Position numbers and translations under genes: made by a program
Assembly: GCA_964019425.1 (NCBI GenBank)
Contig: OZ025796.1
Location: 62,001 to 126,000, forward strand
Reading direction: 5' to 3'
Length of the DNA stretch: 64,000 nt
Source: Flectonema sp. DT1601
Taxonomy: Eukaryota
Notes under the pieces: generated by a model
What the model was told of the DNA's origin: nothing
The model's database searches: none
What the model saw: the letters and a program-made list of their open reading frames with translations, nothing else
Shown here: positions 27,212 through 40,400 of the stretch, piece after piece
How positions within the stretch are numbered: the stretch's first letter is position 1
Layout: each line of letters begins with the position of its first letter

Positions 27212-28394
27212 AAATCAACAAAATTAAAACGGGATACAACAATAACACTGATTAGTTAGTTTAGTTAGCAAAATACAAACTGATGACTACGAGGGGTCTG
27301 GGTAGCCCGCATCAGTAAGGACCCAATCGCGAATATTGTAGTTTCATAGTATTGGCTGGAAGTGATCGACTTCCAGCCTCCACCTTGCCCAGAGGCTAAC
27401 AGGTTGTAAACAACTAAAGAAAATAAAAGAGAAATGATCCGGGAGTGGGGGGAAGGTGAAAAAAAATAAAAAATCTTCTTTCTTTCATATACATCTTTCT
27501 TTATAATACGACCACATGTGCCATATGCCCACACTCCACGAAAGAAAATAGAAAACCACGGAACAGTACCGAAGATCGTTCACCCCCAGTTGTCCAAAGC
27601 ATTATAAGTGTACTGTGGGCTTACCGAAAAGCTTTAGAAATGCACCACAAAAGATTTGGGCAGCACATAGCCATATCACTCAGCAAGAAATGAAAACCAA
27701 AAGGATCAGGTAAGATGACAGTCAGTTTAAGGTCATAACTGCGCCGGACCTGTACTGATAATATACTAAAGCACTCGTAGAGCATTAAAAATTAACGCTA
27801 GGTTGGCAGCAGCCATTTATTTGAATCGAACCACACTGGATCGATCCGCGTAAATTAGAAGACCTAATCTTCTCCAGGAATGAATTAAAATGTTGGTTTT
27901 TGTTTTTATCCGAATTCAAGAAACAGTATATCTCCAAGTCCCATAGACTTTTTCGATTTCATTTGCGTTATAAACTTCTGAGATCAGTTTTCTGACTTCC
28001 TCCTTACACTTCGAATCAAGTGTGGTAACAGTGGAATGAACGGACAAACCTCCGTATTTTGGGATAAATTATTAATTAATAATTTTGCATGAGTGTTATT
28101 AATAAAGGAAACTGTTAACTCTAAAATGGTTACTATTTTTTTGGGAAGCTTGACCCTAAAACTGCTTTTTAAAAAATAAAAATGGTAAAATTAAATAAAA
28201 ATAATGAAAAGAGATTAAAGCTTTCTCAAGAAGGCTAAGGAAACGAAAGGGAAAAAAGTTGTCAGGGGATTATTGAAAGCAGGGGATGAAGGTCGGGTCA
28301 GGGCTACTTCCCAGCCAGGGGGGATGTATGTTCGATTTTGTAAAAATTACAACTGTGTTGTATCATACATAAAGATAATTTAACATTAGTTTTA

Positions 28395-28550
28395 AATACA
28401 GTGACTACGGGTGATGCGCAACTTAGCATATTAAAGTAACTATAGGTTTCGAGAGTAATCCATATACCTCTTACCTCTATTCTCTCTCATCACTATGGTG
28501 TAGAAGTAAGTCAGTCAAATGTTGAGACTGAGTCATTCCAGTTTGCAGGG
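28395..28550 (-). repeat. Diverged direct repeat, copy 2 (candidate Penelope pseudo-LTR with hammerhead-like core)
   Basis: Shares AAGTAACTAT..GGTTTCGAGAGTAATC..TATACCTC..TTACCTCTATTCTCTC with 23271-23435. Confidence 0.65.
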
Positions 28551-28974
28551 GGGGTTAACTGTTCGAGTTTGTACGTAAAATACAAATGTTTTAGATTTTA
28601 GATGTTAGAGTTCTCACAAAATTGACCTTCATGGTTAAGGGTTACCTCAGTATTTTCTATCTGTAGTTTATGTAACAGGAATGTACTTTCTTTCAATAAA
28701 GAAAACAAAATGACGTAAGACAGTTAGATTTACATTATTTGAATTATACGAATTACAATAATATTTATCTCTAAATGTTGTCCTAATTCAAAGGGGCTAC
28801 GGGCCAACTCAGGTAACTGACAAAGAAACTTGATTTTATGCGTCCTTTGAAATCCTACATTCCGTTCTTTATTTTTATTTCATTTTCCGTGACATAATTT
28901 CTTTGCACGTGGGAAGAGAACGCCGCTACGACCAATGCTGCCTAAAGTTAGATCAGAGAAATTCCATTGTAACT

Positions 28975-30550
28975 CCGGAATATCCGCAGGGGGGGGACTT
29001 TGATACGATACGAAAAGATTTATCTGGGAAGAATACTGCAGGTCTTTGCACAAAAAAGAATCGGCACCTCACTAAATAATTCTCACACTTTGTTTTTGTT
29101 TGTGCGCAACCGGAAACAAGCCTATAAAGTAAGGGTGTTAACGTTACGCTGCCACAATTCTCTTTCGCTCGTAAAACATGTCTTCGAGATGAAAAAATAA
29201 AAATACTGTCACCATGAAACAGGAGGCGTTGAACATTGCCGGAATATCCGCAGGGGGGACCTTTGATACGATACGAAAAGATTTATCGCAGGGGGGGGAA
29301 CTTTGATACGATACGAAAAGATTTATCTGGGAAGAATACTGCAGGTCTTTGCACAAAAAAGAATCGGCACCTCACTAAATAATTCTCACACTTTGTTTTT
29401 GTTTGTGCGCAACCGGAAACAAGCCTATAAAGTAAGGGTGTTAACGTTACGCTGCCACAATTCTCTTTCGCTCGTAAAACATGTCTTCGAGATGAAAAAG
29501 AATCGGCACCTCACTAAATAATTCTCACACTTTGTTTTTGTTTGTGCGCAACCGGACCCCTTAATATTTAAAACACTTCTCTAATTTCTTTTAGGGACGC
29601 ACGCATTTCGCTCTACCCTTGATATTTAAAACACTACCCCAGTTTTTTTGTTTTTTTTTTAGGGGGGGGGGGGGGAACTTTGATACGATACGAAAAGATT
29701 TATCTGGGAAGAATACTGCAGGTCTTTGCACAAAAAAATAAAAATACTGTCACCATGAAACAGAAGGCGTTGAACATTGCCTGGTTTCTTTGGTGGAGGC
29801 CACGTGAACGTAGTTGAGCACCTCTTGCCTACGCTACCGTAACAGTGAAAAACAGCTGTAAATTAAAATCAATGTGAAAAAAATAAAATGAAACCAAAGG
29901 TTAACAGTGGACGAATCCGACGTAAGGCTTTCCTAGACTACTCGAGTCTTCAGCGGTCCGCTCGGTGATAGCAGCCTAGGAAGGACAAGCTCACCCATCT
30001 GCCTGGAGACCATTCAAATTGGCTCGCTCTAAATTGGCGACCTAAACGCTCTACCCTATCGCCGCGATTGCCACTGACAACCTCTAACCAACTATACTAC
30101 GACCAAACATAAGGGGAAAGGGGAAAGTGTGCTTATACCTGTACAGCCACGACTCTCGATTTCCGTAGTGGAGCCCCCCGCGGCACTCCCTATATAGTGC
30201 ACTATGCTTGTCTCTTTTGCTATATAACTTGTCCCTTGGGCTATATAGGAAAAGCAGCAAAGAACTCAACATGGAAAAAGCCGTTAAAACATTAGTCTGG
30301 TTAAAACGGATCGGTGGGTAAAATTACGCAAGAACAACCATAAGGTCTCCCACGGTTTAATGTAGCACATCTCCACGCCAGTCTCAATGACCGAGGTAAT
30401 GTACTAAGGGGGAACTTTGATACGATACGAAAAGATTTATCTGGGAAGAATACTGCAGGTCTTTGCACAAAAAAATAAAAATACTGTCACCATGAAACAG
30501 AAGGCGTTGAACATTGCCTGGTTTCTTTGGTGGAGGCCACGTGAACCGGG
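28975..30550. repeat. Rearranged cluster of near-identical repeats
   Basis: CTTTGATACGATACGAAAAGATTTATCTGGGAAGAATACTGCAGGTCTTTGCAC occurs near 28998, 29301, 29678 and 30415, with a truncated copy near 29261. Sub-blocks are shuffled between copies. Confidence 0.9.
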
Positions 30551-31444
30551 GGGGGGGGGGGTTGTGGTAACGAAATTCGTCAAGAACATTCTCAGTCACT
30601 GGAACGCTGGATATTTATTATTTTTATGTTTTTTAACGGACTATAAAATAAATATGAGAAAGATTCTCATCAAAGTTGAGAACCGAGTCCAAGAAAATAG
30701 AAAAATAAGGAAATCACAGACGAGAGAACGAACAAGGTAAAGATGCTGAACTACATACCAACAATAAAACAGCTACACTAAGACGGGTGATATTATACGA
30801 GCGATCGTGAACAGAAAAAAATAAAAAATAAATACGCGCGTGAAAACTAAAATCAGTGCAAATGGAAGAAAACAGATATAATAAAAAAGTTTATTTTGTC
30901 CATTATTTTTTGACAAATTAAAAAGAGAGGTGGATAAATAAGCCAAGGTTAACACGCGACAAAATAGCTGAAACTAACTCTCAAATCGATAGGGAACACG
31001 CTCACAGATTGAGCGTCCCATCCCGTAGTCCGTTACAACTTACACTTAAACAAGATAAAGAAAAAAAAAAACAGTTCTTTTTTATAGCTATATCGCAGCA
31101 CACTACTCTTCTGTTATAAAAACAAAAGTACAAATGTTTCGAGGACAGTTTGTTTATGAAGGCAAGGTATGAACTTCGAAAAAAAAAAAAAAAAAAAACA
31201 CTAAAATTACGGAAAAAGTGCGCGTGCGACTTTCTCAAAAAACACAGAATCTGGGTGAGTTCACGTCTTTTTCGCGTGGACTCAATGAAGCTGTGTTCCT
31301 TTCCTTGCCTAACTATATACAGATGGTAGAAGAATGGAATAAGAAGGACTCGCATCCCTGAAACAAGGCAAGGGTAATAAGAAAAAGCAACAGCAGCAAT
31401 AGCTAGTTGAGGGAAGGTAAAATAAGGGAATATATTAATTATAT

Positions 31445-34400
31445 TTAGTCATAGTCAGGCATTTCTTCATCGTGGTCAGCACCACCTTCTCCATCACCTG
31501 CATTAGCGCGTAGCTGTTTGTTTAATTGTTCGGCATGTTTTCTTTCTGTTTGCTCGGATGAGAGAGCTTTCTGAAGACGAGAACACTTGGCTTCCAATTC
31601 TTTGCTCGATTCACAAGTCTTTTTTAGTTCTGCCTGCAGTCTCGCAATCTCCTCTCTATCGTCTCTTTTTTGTTTTAACAGCTTTTCATCAATCGCCTGT
31701 AGACCTGCTTTCTCACTCTTTGTTCTTCTCAAAAGGCTTGAGTTCTGTCTTTCAATAGCGCCAATCTTCGCTGCTGTCGCACCTGCATCAGTAGCAGGCT
31801 GGTCATCACCGACTGAGAAGCTTCCACCATTGTGAGATACCATACTAGGAAGACCTGATGGGTTTCTACGGAGAGATGCTTTTCTTTGAAGAACTTTGAC
31901 CTGTTATGTTAAAAGTTTGATTAGCACACATTATGTTAATACATCCTTCCCCCCCCCTTAACTATATTATAAAGAATAACATACATCTCCACTCAAATCC
32001 TTCGAAGGCTGTCTAAGACCTAGTCCTGATGCAAGTCTTGGTAATCCCTGATTTTAAAGTATTTTTTTTATTTTTAAAAAGTGAATGTTACCTGAAAAAT
32101 GTTATTAACAACATACAGGTGTTGATATCGATGTTTGTCTCGGTAAGTCACCTCCTTCTTCCTTATCGAATAAGATAGTTGAGGTGGCGCGTTCTAGTTC
32201 ATCCTGTGGTGGTGGTTGTTGTTTGTTGTTATTAAAGTCTTTAAAACAGAAATAAATTCCATACAGTGCTGGTATCGATTTCTACAGAGATTTCGAAGAT
32301 CTTCGACACCTTCAGCAGGCATTGCTCCACCTGCTCCCTAACGTGAACGCGAGTGCTGTCAATTGCAACGATTCTCATACCACGTTCAAGTTTACTTCGA
32401 CTGACAGGACCTTCATTGATTGTTGTAATTACTAAGTCATCATCATACATAAATCCAAGTTCATCATGAGCTTCATCTTCATTAACAACAATCACATAAG
32501 GGAGTTCTGTTAGCATTCCTTCATCTTCATGCCAACTGTTTTGAGTCATACTTTCTCTCAACTTTCTTATTTTTCTCTTTATAAATCTAATAAAGTGAAC
32601 AACATGTTCACAAAGAATTCCCTCAAATAATTCATAAAGACTGTCATCCATTAACGCTACAGCGATATTTTCCATAAGAGGTTGCTTTGGATCCTCTAGA
32701 CTGTCGAGGTATACGCAAGTAGTGTCATCAACAGCAGCGAGTAACTCGAGCATGTTTGATATACTTTCAGCATCATAGAGTCTGATGAGGTATCGCTCTT
32801 CAACTGCCGCAAGAACAGGTTCAGGTATCTTCTCAAGGAATGCGAATCCAATGTGTGATGTCAACCAATCACCACGTTCCATCTTTTCAAGAAAGATTGC
32901 AATAACTTCTCTCACTTGAGACACTGAAACACGTGGAAGTGCTTGTGAAGTCAGAGGCATAGTTGTCTTCTGTACCCATCTCTTCTTTAAAGCCGCAAAC
33001 AGACTTCCCTTCGGATCTGTATCATGAGCTTTAAACGTCGCAACCAACCCGAGCATTTGTTGAGTGATGTTATCTTCTGTAAATCCTTTTGAAGCTTCTC
33101 TCAAAGCAGAGTCTTGGGCGGGTGTTAATTTCACGCAATGACGGTCTGGCTGTACGGTCAGCTGTTTTTTATTTTTTAGTAAATAATCAAAAGAATCCAG
33201 TTCTTAAATCTCACAGTGGGTACTGATATAAAGACTGGCACCCTCCGAATTATCTAAATTCATAAATAACATACCAAGTCCATCGCCGATTGCTCAACTT
33301 CAGTAGAGACAACGGGTTCTTCAGGATCACGGAATCGGAATGGCTGTATTGTTGTTTTTGTTGTTGTTAGTTTTTCATATAAATAATAGAACAGTTGCAA
33401 AGTTTACTATCCTTGAGGTAGTGTTTTAGTGAACCGCTATCAAGAAAACAAAATAACAAAACACACCGCAAGGTAAGGCATTTCAATCTTAGGAAGGATC
33501 AAACCAGAAGCGAAGCTCAATTCCTTTTCGATGCCGTTCCAGTCGACTTTAAATGAACGCGTCTCAGTGTCGTACTTCGCATGACTCCTGCACACTTCTC
33601 CAAGAGCAGAGTGTCCGAGTTCCTGCAACAGCAGGTCCGGGCGACTCGGTGAGAACGACGACAGGTCAACGTCCTCAATCTGAATCTTCGTGTGCTTCGC
33701 AACAATCGCTTGACACTTGTTGTACTTGTCAGTCAGTGAAGTCAGAGCAGCCTTAATCATATTCTTGTGTTGAGGATAAGGAGAGTCCGTGAACGTCAAC
33801 CAGAAGTCCAGTGTTCCCGGCAATCCCGGAATGTTCCCTCCTCTTCGGATGTCATCGATGATCACATTAATTCCTCCCTGTTGACATTCGAAATCAATCG
33901 GACCCACGTTCGTCATGAACTTGTTCCAGTTTTCTTGAATCCTCTTCAGCTCATCCACAGCTATCAAATACTGCGACTCGTGAGTGTGCTCTTCGAACAG
34001 TTCTAACACCGACCTGAATGGAGTCATCAGTTCATCTTCACCATCCGTGTACTTTAGAAGTAATCTGTTACTCAACATTCTCTGAACTCTGTTTGAGAAA
34101 CTGTACAGATCTGTAAGCAGAGGTGCCAACAACGCCAACTTCACATTCTCGTGGAGCGCCATCGTCAACAGCTCAGGTGTCTCTTCTGCACTCAAACGCT
34201 CAATAGCAGTGCGAATAGAACCCTCTCTCGGTAAGTTAACAAAACGTTGGTATCTCCAATTCGTTAATACTCTGAGTGCGTGACAAGCGTCTTGTTGTGG
34301 TTTTGTGAGTAGCTTTCTGTCTGTTGTTGTGTACCTCTTCCACAGAGATTCGACTTCTCTCTCTGCTTCCATCGCTTCAGCTCTCGATTTGAAAGATTCA

Positions 34401-37400
34401 TTCTTTACAAGTCTATCACTAATCATTAGCTTTTCGACGAAGAACGAAAAGATTTTCTGCGTCTCATCAACTGACAACCCAGTGAAGACTCCCATGTGAA
34501 GATGGTAGGCAATACTTCTTTCAGTCATTTGATGAACAAGATGACGGTAATCACTAATTCCTTGTTGATATCCATGAATTCGTTCTCTGATAGTCGGAGA
34601 GAACATCCACTCCCACAGAGTTTTGAAGCTTTCCGGCCAGAGAGTCAACTGAATAGCGAGGGCACCGAATTCGACAGCCCACAACAAGTAACAAGCACCA
34701 GTACTCAGCACCTCCTGTCCTCTGGAATACGAAGCGATCGCTCCGCTTTCATCTAATTGGGTGACGCAATCAAACTTGTAGCAACCTCCGTGTGTGACAT
34801 CTCCACCAGTCTTATCTCCAGGTATGAAACGATGCTTCTGAGCATCCACATCGAAGAACATTGAGCCCATGAATGACTTCGGGTAGGCGCAAGCAACACA
34901 TAGTGATGTTATTATCATTTCAGTCCAGTCGTTTTCAAATCCTCTCATTAGCGAAGACGTCAAGTCGACTTCTCCATTTGAGTAATCCTTACACTTCTTA
35001 TTATCAAATGCCATACCAAGTACACGTAACAATTTGTTGTCTAAGTGGAGAGCACTTTTCAGGGAAGCATTTTCAAGGAATTTATCAGCCATTGGATGGA
35101 CTGCAACTTCACCAAAGAAACACTTAAAGGAGACGTAAAAGAGTAGTAGTCTGGCCTTTTGAACTCCGTGTATTGGGACCCAGTCAACAATCATTTTCAC
35201 AACCTTGTTGACCTGTTCCAAACTAGTGCTCTGCATGTCACCTGAGAGCATCATCTCTCTTTGAAGTTGCAAGAATGGAGTGTGAAGAGGATCTTCAATA
35301 TCTACAACAAACGGAAGGTCACCAGCTTTTGCCTTCAGAGGTTCTGAGTTCTGACACTTGTGACGCATCGCTTCTCCGCAGATTGTTGGCATTGCACCGA
35401 CTCTGCCGGAATCCGAATCCACAACCTGGTCCTGCATATACAACAGCATCGACTTGGTACCCATTCCTCTCAGTGATCCAATTCCTGATTCTAATGTGTT
35501 CATGAAAGTGAGTAAAGAGTTTTCTATTTCTAAATCTGGAGGATTATCGATTAACTTCGAATCCTCAGACGACAAACGAGCAGGGCACTTGTAACCAGCT
35601 GGCTCAAAGATACGCTTCGCTAACTTTGAAATCTTTTCAACTGCTTCCTTGTTTTCCATGAATGATGGAGCCCAGTCTCTCTTGTCTTGTTGTTCAGATG
35701 GTCTCATGAATACGACAGCTAACGAAACAATAAAAGCAGCTTCCTTAGCCTTCATCATAACCGAAAGAATGGACTTTCCTTCAATCGAAGCTCTAGCGGA
35801 AGCAGTAAGCAACTCCTCATAGCTCTCGCATTTCCTCAAGCAGGCGTCGACTAACACGTGCTCAGCATCCATTCCGAGGTCGTTATCATAACAAACATCA
35901 TAGACAGCGAGATACAATTTAGAATTCATCGACTTCTCCGCGTTTTTCCCGTTGGGATTGTAACTCTCGCACTTCGATCCCATCTTCTTCCCGGTCTCCC
36001 CCTCAGCCGCACTCTGAATCCACTTTTGCATCACTCCGTTCTTTGCCAACTCCACTGGAGCTGGAATACTGGATCCACGCGTCTCATTCAGCTGTCGGAT
36101 GATCCGAGCAGCCATCGAACGAGTTACGTTGCTGCTGCCCTTCGCAACCACGAGACCGATGACGAACTGAGGAACCTTCGAATCCGATGTGAAATCTCTG
36201 GAAAGCGATGCCAACTGCAGTGCGACTCTGCATGTCGAAGAGGGGTGCTCCTTGAGAAGGCTCTCAATGATCTTCAGATCAACAGGAACTGTTCCCTCAC
36301 TTGCAGTATTGCAACTCGACTTGATAAAACTCTGAAACAGATCAATCGACTTCTTGTTCAGTTTATCGATTCCACTGATCACCGCTCCGATGATCGACAA
36401 GCAAGGCGCATGTTTGCTCTGTACAATCCATTCACTAGTCACTCGATGAAGCATCGATGAGCAAGCAGTCTTGAACTCTCCCAAACGGTTCTCAGCCATT
36501 TCAGGGAACGCTTCCAGCAGTAGCTGAGGACCCAATTCGTGGGCAACCCAAGCAGCGTTGTGACCACTTTCCTGACTGATGATAGATGGAGGCTTCCTCT
36601 TATCAAGTGCGCCCATAGCCGCCAGTGGCACCATCGCCATGATGTAGTCATCCACAGCAGCCGACGCAACAGAACACAGAGCACGAATACTCCAAACAGT
36701 TTCCTCTTTACCAGGAAAGTATAGTTGATGAAGTCCTCTAACTAATTCAAATACCCAGTTCAGAACATTCTCAACGATTACAATATTGCTGTAACGAACT
36801 CTGCACCTAATGTGATCTCTTAGGAATGATAATACAAGTGAATGATCAGAATGTACAGCACCAACAAGTTCTCTAACCATTTCATCATCATGTTTCAATT
36901 CAAGATCTGCTGCAGTCTGCACAACATCTACAGCATTGCTTGCCACTGGAAGGGTCTCAATGATAGATGATGATCCAGGAAGAGATGGCATGGAAACACC
37001 GACGTAAATCGTATCCAAAGTGCTGACCTTCTTCCTTCTCAGTATGTCGAAAGTCGTTGCCCGTGACGCTACCTCAAGGGCCTTCGCTACAATCGTGTCA
37101 CTCTTCGCCAACTCCTTCTCCTTCCCTTTTTGCGATGCAAGACAGAGCAACGCAGAAGCATTCCGGTCATCCAACAAGAACCTCAGCGCAAATGTCAACA
37201 GCGCGCGAGGCGCCTTGTTTTCTTCGTCGATCAACCGTTGCGCCAAACTCAGCGACTGCCCGTCCTGTGCAGCAACTTCCTTCGCCATCTCAACGAGTTC
37301 CAACTCCGTCGGCTGACGGGCTCTGTAGAAGTTCACCACCACCTTCTTCACCTTCGGGCACACCTTGAACAGCTTCTTTGCAATAGCAACCTGCTCGTCG

Positions 37401-40400
37401 AACGGCCGCTTCAGGTCGTACAACGCAGAAGCTGGATCCTCCTCCGGAACAGGCACCCACTTGGTCGCAGCCTCGCTCTGCGCCTGCATCAACGTGTTCA
37501 TCGCACGGTCCAGCAATACCTCCAGATCCCTCCATTCTGGAATTGGTCTTGGAGCCCTCTTCCCGACGATCATCGGGTCAACGTACTGCTGCAGGTCGAG
37601 CTTCACGTGCTCCGCCGCAGCATCCAGATACACCTGATCCCATCCCGATCCGAACAGTGGAGTGCAGTTACTCGCCTCCGTCAGGTTCGAGTTCTGGAAC
37701 GACTGGATGATCACAACTGCTTTGTCTGTCACCATGTCCTTCTCCTTCTCCCGCACATCGGGACGCGAGCTCAGCAAGTACCGCACCTCACGGCACTCAG
37801 GCTTTCCGAGAGAGTCCGGGCTCATGATTAGCACAAAAACGTACTGCTCCGGATCCGTCGTGAAACGGTACAGCTCCTCCTTCAAGTCCTCCTGTCCGCG
37901 TTCAGATTCCAGCAGCCCGTCCAGAGAAAGGTGCGTCAGGTGCTCGATCGGCTCCAACAGTGACGGGAAGTCTGCGTTCGACGGTGAGAACACCACCGAC
38001 CGAAGCCAGTCCGCATCATCCCCAACTCCGCCCGTGGCTGACGGTGCCACCTTGTCTCGCAGATCCCGCAGGTACCCCGTCAGATCCCAAGGTGCCAAGT
38101 CTCGGAAGTACGCACGCAGGTACGCCGGTGCATCGCTCTTCAGCACTCTCTGAGCCAGAAGCATCCCCTCCGGTTTCAGAACCTGCAACATTCGGCAAGA
38201 GCTCGCCTTCCACCTCGCGTCGTCTGCGTTGCTCCCAGCCAAGAACCCGTCCAATGCATCGTCGTTTCGGATACGCAAGTTCACCGGCAGGTCCATCAGA
38301 GTTCCCTGTTGAACCCCTTCCAGTATCACAGAGTCGAACGTATCCACATCCGAGTCTCCGAACAGGCAACGATTCCGTACCGACAGCGTAGTCTGGAACT
38401 TCGCTAACTTCTGCCTCACTTCCATCGCCGCCTCTCTCTCCTCGGGTTTCAGCTTCGCCAACGCGAACTCCAGAATGTCTTGCACCGTAATCGGGAACTT
38501 CTCCAGACGGTTCAGGAACGGAGAAGGCAGCACGTTCCCCATTCCCGTCAGCTCCCTCTTCGTCACGTGCACGATACACTGGAAATCTCGGTGCACTCGC
38601 TTGTACTCCAGAGCCGCCCCCACAGCCACCGCCACGAAGTGCAGCGTCTCGTTCGCCCCGCTGCTCGCTACCACATAGTTCTGGTTGAACACGTCGAACA
38701 GGCACGCGTCGATGTCTCTCGTGTTGGTCAGCCACACCGTCCGTCCGGCCTCCATCGCCGCCACGATCTGCGACACCACCGTCACAGGCATCAGCTCGTC
38801 CCCGTATGAAAGTGAACTCAACGACAAAACACTCAGGTTGTTGAACTGCTCCACTCCCGTCTGCCGCAGCAGCTGAAGCATCGAACCGTCCTCCGTCGTG
38901 TCCACCAGCAGCTTGAACCGCACCCACATGTCGTTCAGGTTCTTCCCCGAAGCCTTCTCCGTCGCACGGTTGTTGTCCTTCAGCGAGTCGATCACCACGT
39001 CCAGCTTCCGACGCAGCATCGGCTTCAGCTCATCAACCGAGTACGCCCCGTCCACCTCCCCGAGCGCCTCTCCGAACCTCCGCAGCGCCGCGTCGAAGTA
39101 TTCCGAAGGTCCGTTGAAGTTCCGCTCCAACGCCCGCAGCACCAGCTCCGGCGACACCGTGATCAGCCCTTCCCCCGAGTTGTTTCGACGGATGTATCGC
39201 ATCATGTGGAACAAGTCTCGCAACCCAAACCACCAACGGAACTTCAAGCTCGGGTCGAACCCGACCAGCGTCTCCTCCTCGTCTTCCTTCGGAGGAGGGA
39301 CCAATCGGTGGAACGCATCGCAGCAAGCCGGGATGATCCGCTTCGACACTTCGCACAGTCCCCGCACCCCGTGCTTGCTCAAGATCCCCGCACACATGTT
39401 CGTCAGTTCCTCCGGACGCGGCTTCGCCATGAACACCGTCACGCATCGGTTCCCGATTGCCGTGTCCAGCGACGTGTTCGTCATCAACACCGAAGCCAAG
39501 TTCGCCCCTTCCAGGTAGTAGTGCAGCACCTTCAGCGCCCACTTCCGCTCCACCGTCGCCCCCTTCACCAAACCAGCCTCGTCCACGAACAGCAGCGTTC
39601 GCTTGTTCAGTGTTCCAGAGCTGTCGTTCTCCAATTGCTTCTGGTACGCTTCCTCGCACTTCTTCTTGATCTCGTCCGCGCTGCTCTGCGCGGATCCCTG
39701 GTAACGGCAGATGTCCGAAATGTGACAGAAGTCTTTCCAGAACAGTCCGCATCCCTGCATGTTGTCTCGGATGATGTTGTTCGAAAGCGTCTTCGAAGTC
39801 CCCGGAGCTCCCTGCAAGATCACCGCCAACCGCAGCTCGAAGCAAACCATCTGCACGAACAGGTTCTCCATCAGCCCCTGGTGAGCGTACACCGCATCCG
39901 GAAGCTTCAAGTGGTCGCTGTGGCAGTGGTACGTCACCGCCCGTTGCACCACCGTGTCGAACGCCACTCCCTGCGGGAACGCACGCACTTGCTTCTCCTC
40001 GTCCTCCCCCGCAAGCTGCGACAGCCGCTCCGTCAGCGCCTTCGACAGAGACGCCCGCTGCTCAGGAGGGAACCGGAAGTAGTACGAACACGCCATGGCC
40101 ACCGTCATCGCTGACAGCGTCCGGTCCCAAACATCAGCAGCCTGCTTCCCGTTGAACGAAATGTAGTCCACCCCCTGCTTGTAGAAGAAGTCGAACAGCT
40201 TCATCGTTCGGTGAATGTCTCGCTGCGAAACCGTCGATCTCTTGTGAGCAACTGCCCGTTGCGCGAACTTGTGCGTGTGCAGCAGCAGGTCCGACAGCGC
40301 CCGCAGCTGCGACTGACGGATCGATGCCGCGAACAGGTTTCGGTTGCTTCCCATCAGCCGCATGATGAACATCTCCCGCTGGTTCGCCGCCAGCTGCTTC

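Noticed and set aside
26637..27534. Hydrophobic ORFs in AT-rich/poly-A tracts (also 31002-31355, 58231-58482, 61903-62193)
   Set aside because: They are low-complexity homopolymer translations with non-ATG starts and no motifs.
32086..32098. TTTTCAG|GTAAC inside a 69-nt intron as a recursive splice site
   Set aside because: The resulting sub-introns would be implausibly short, and a single chance motif is likely.
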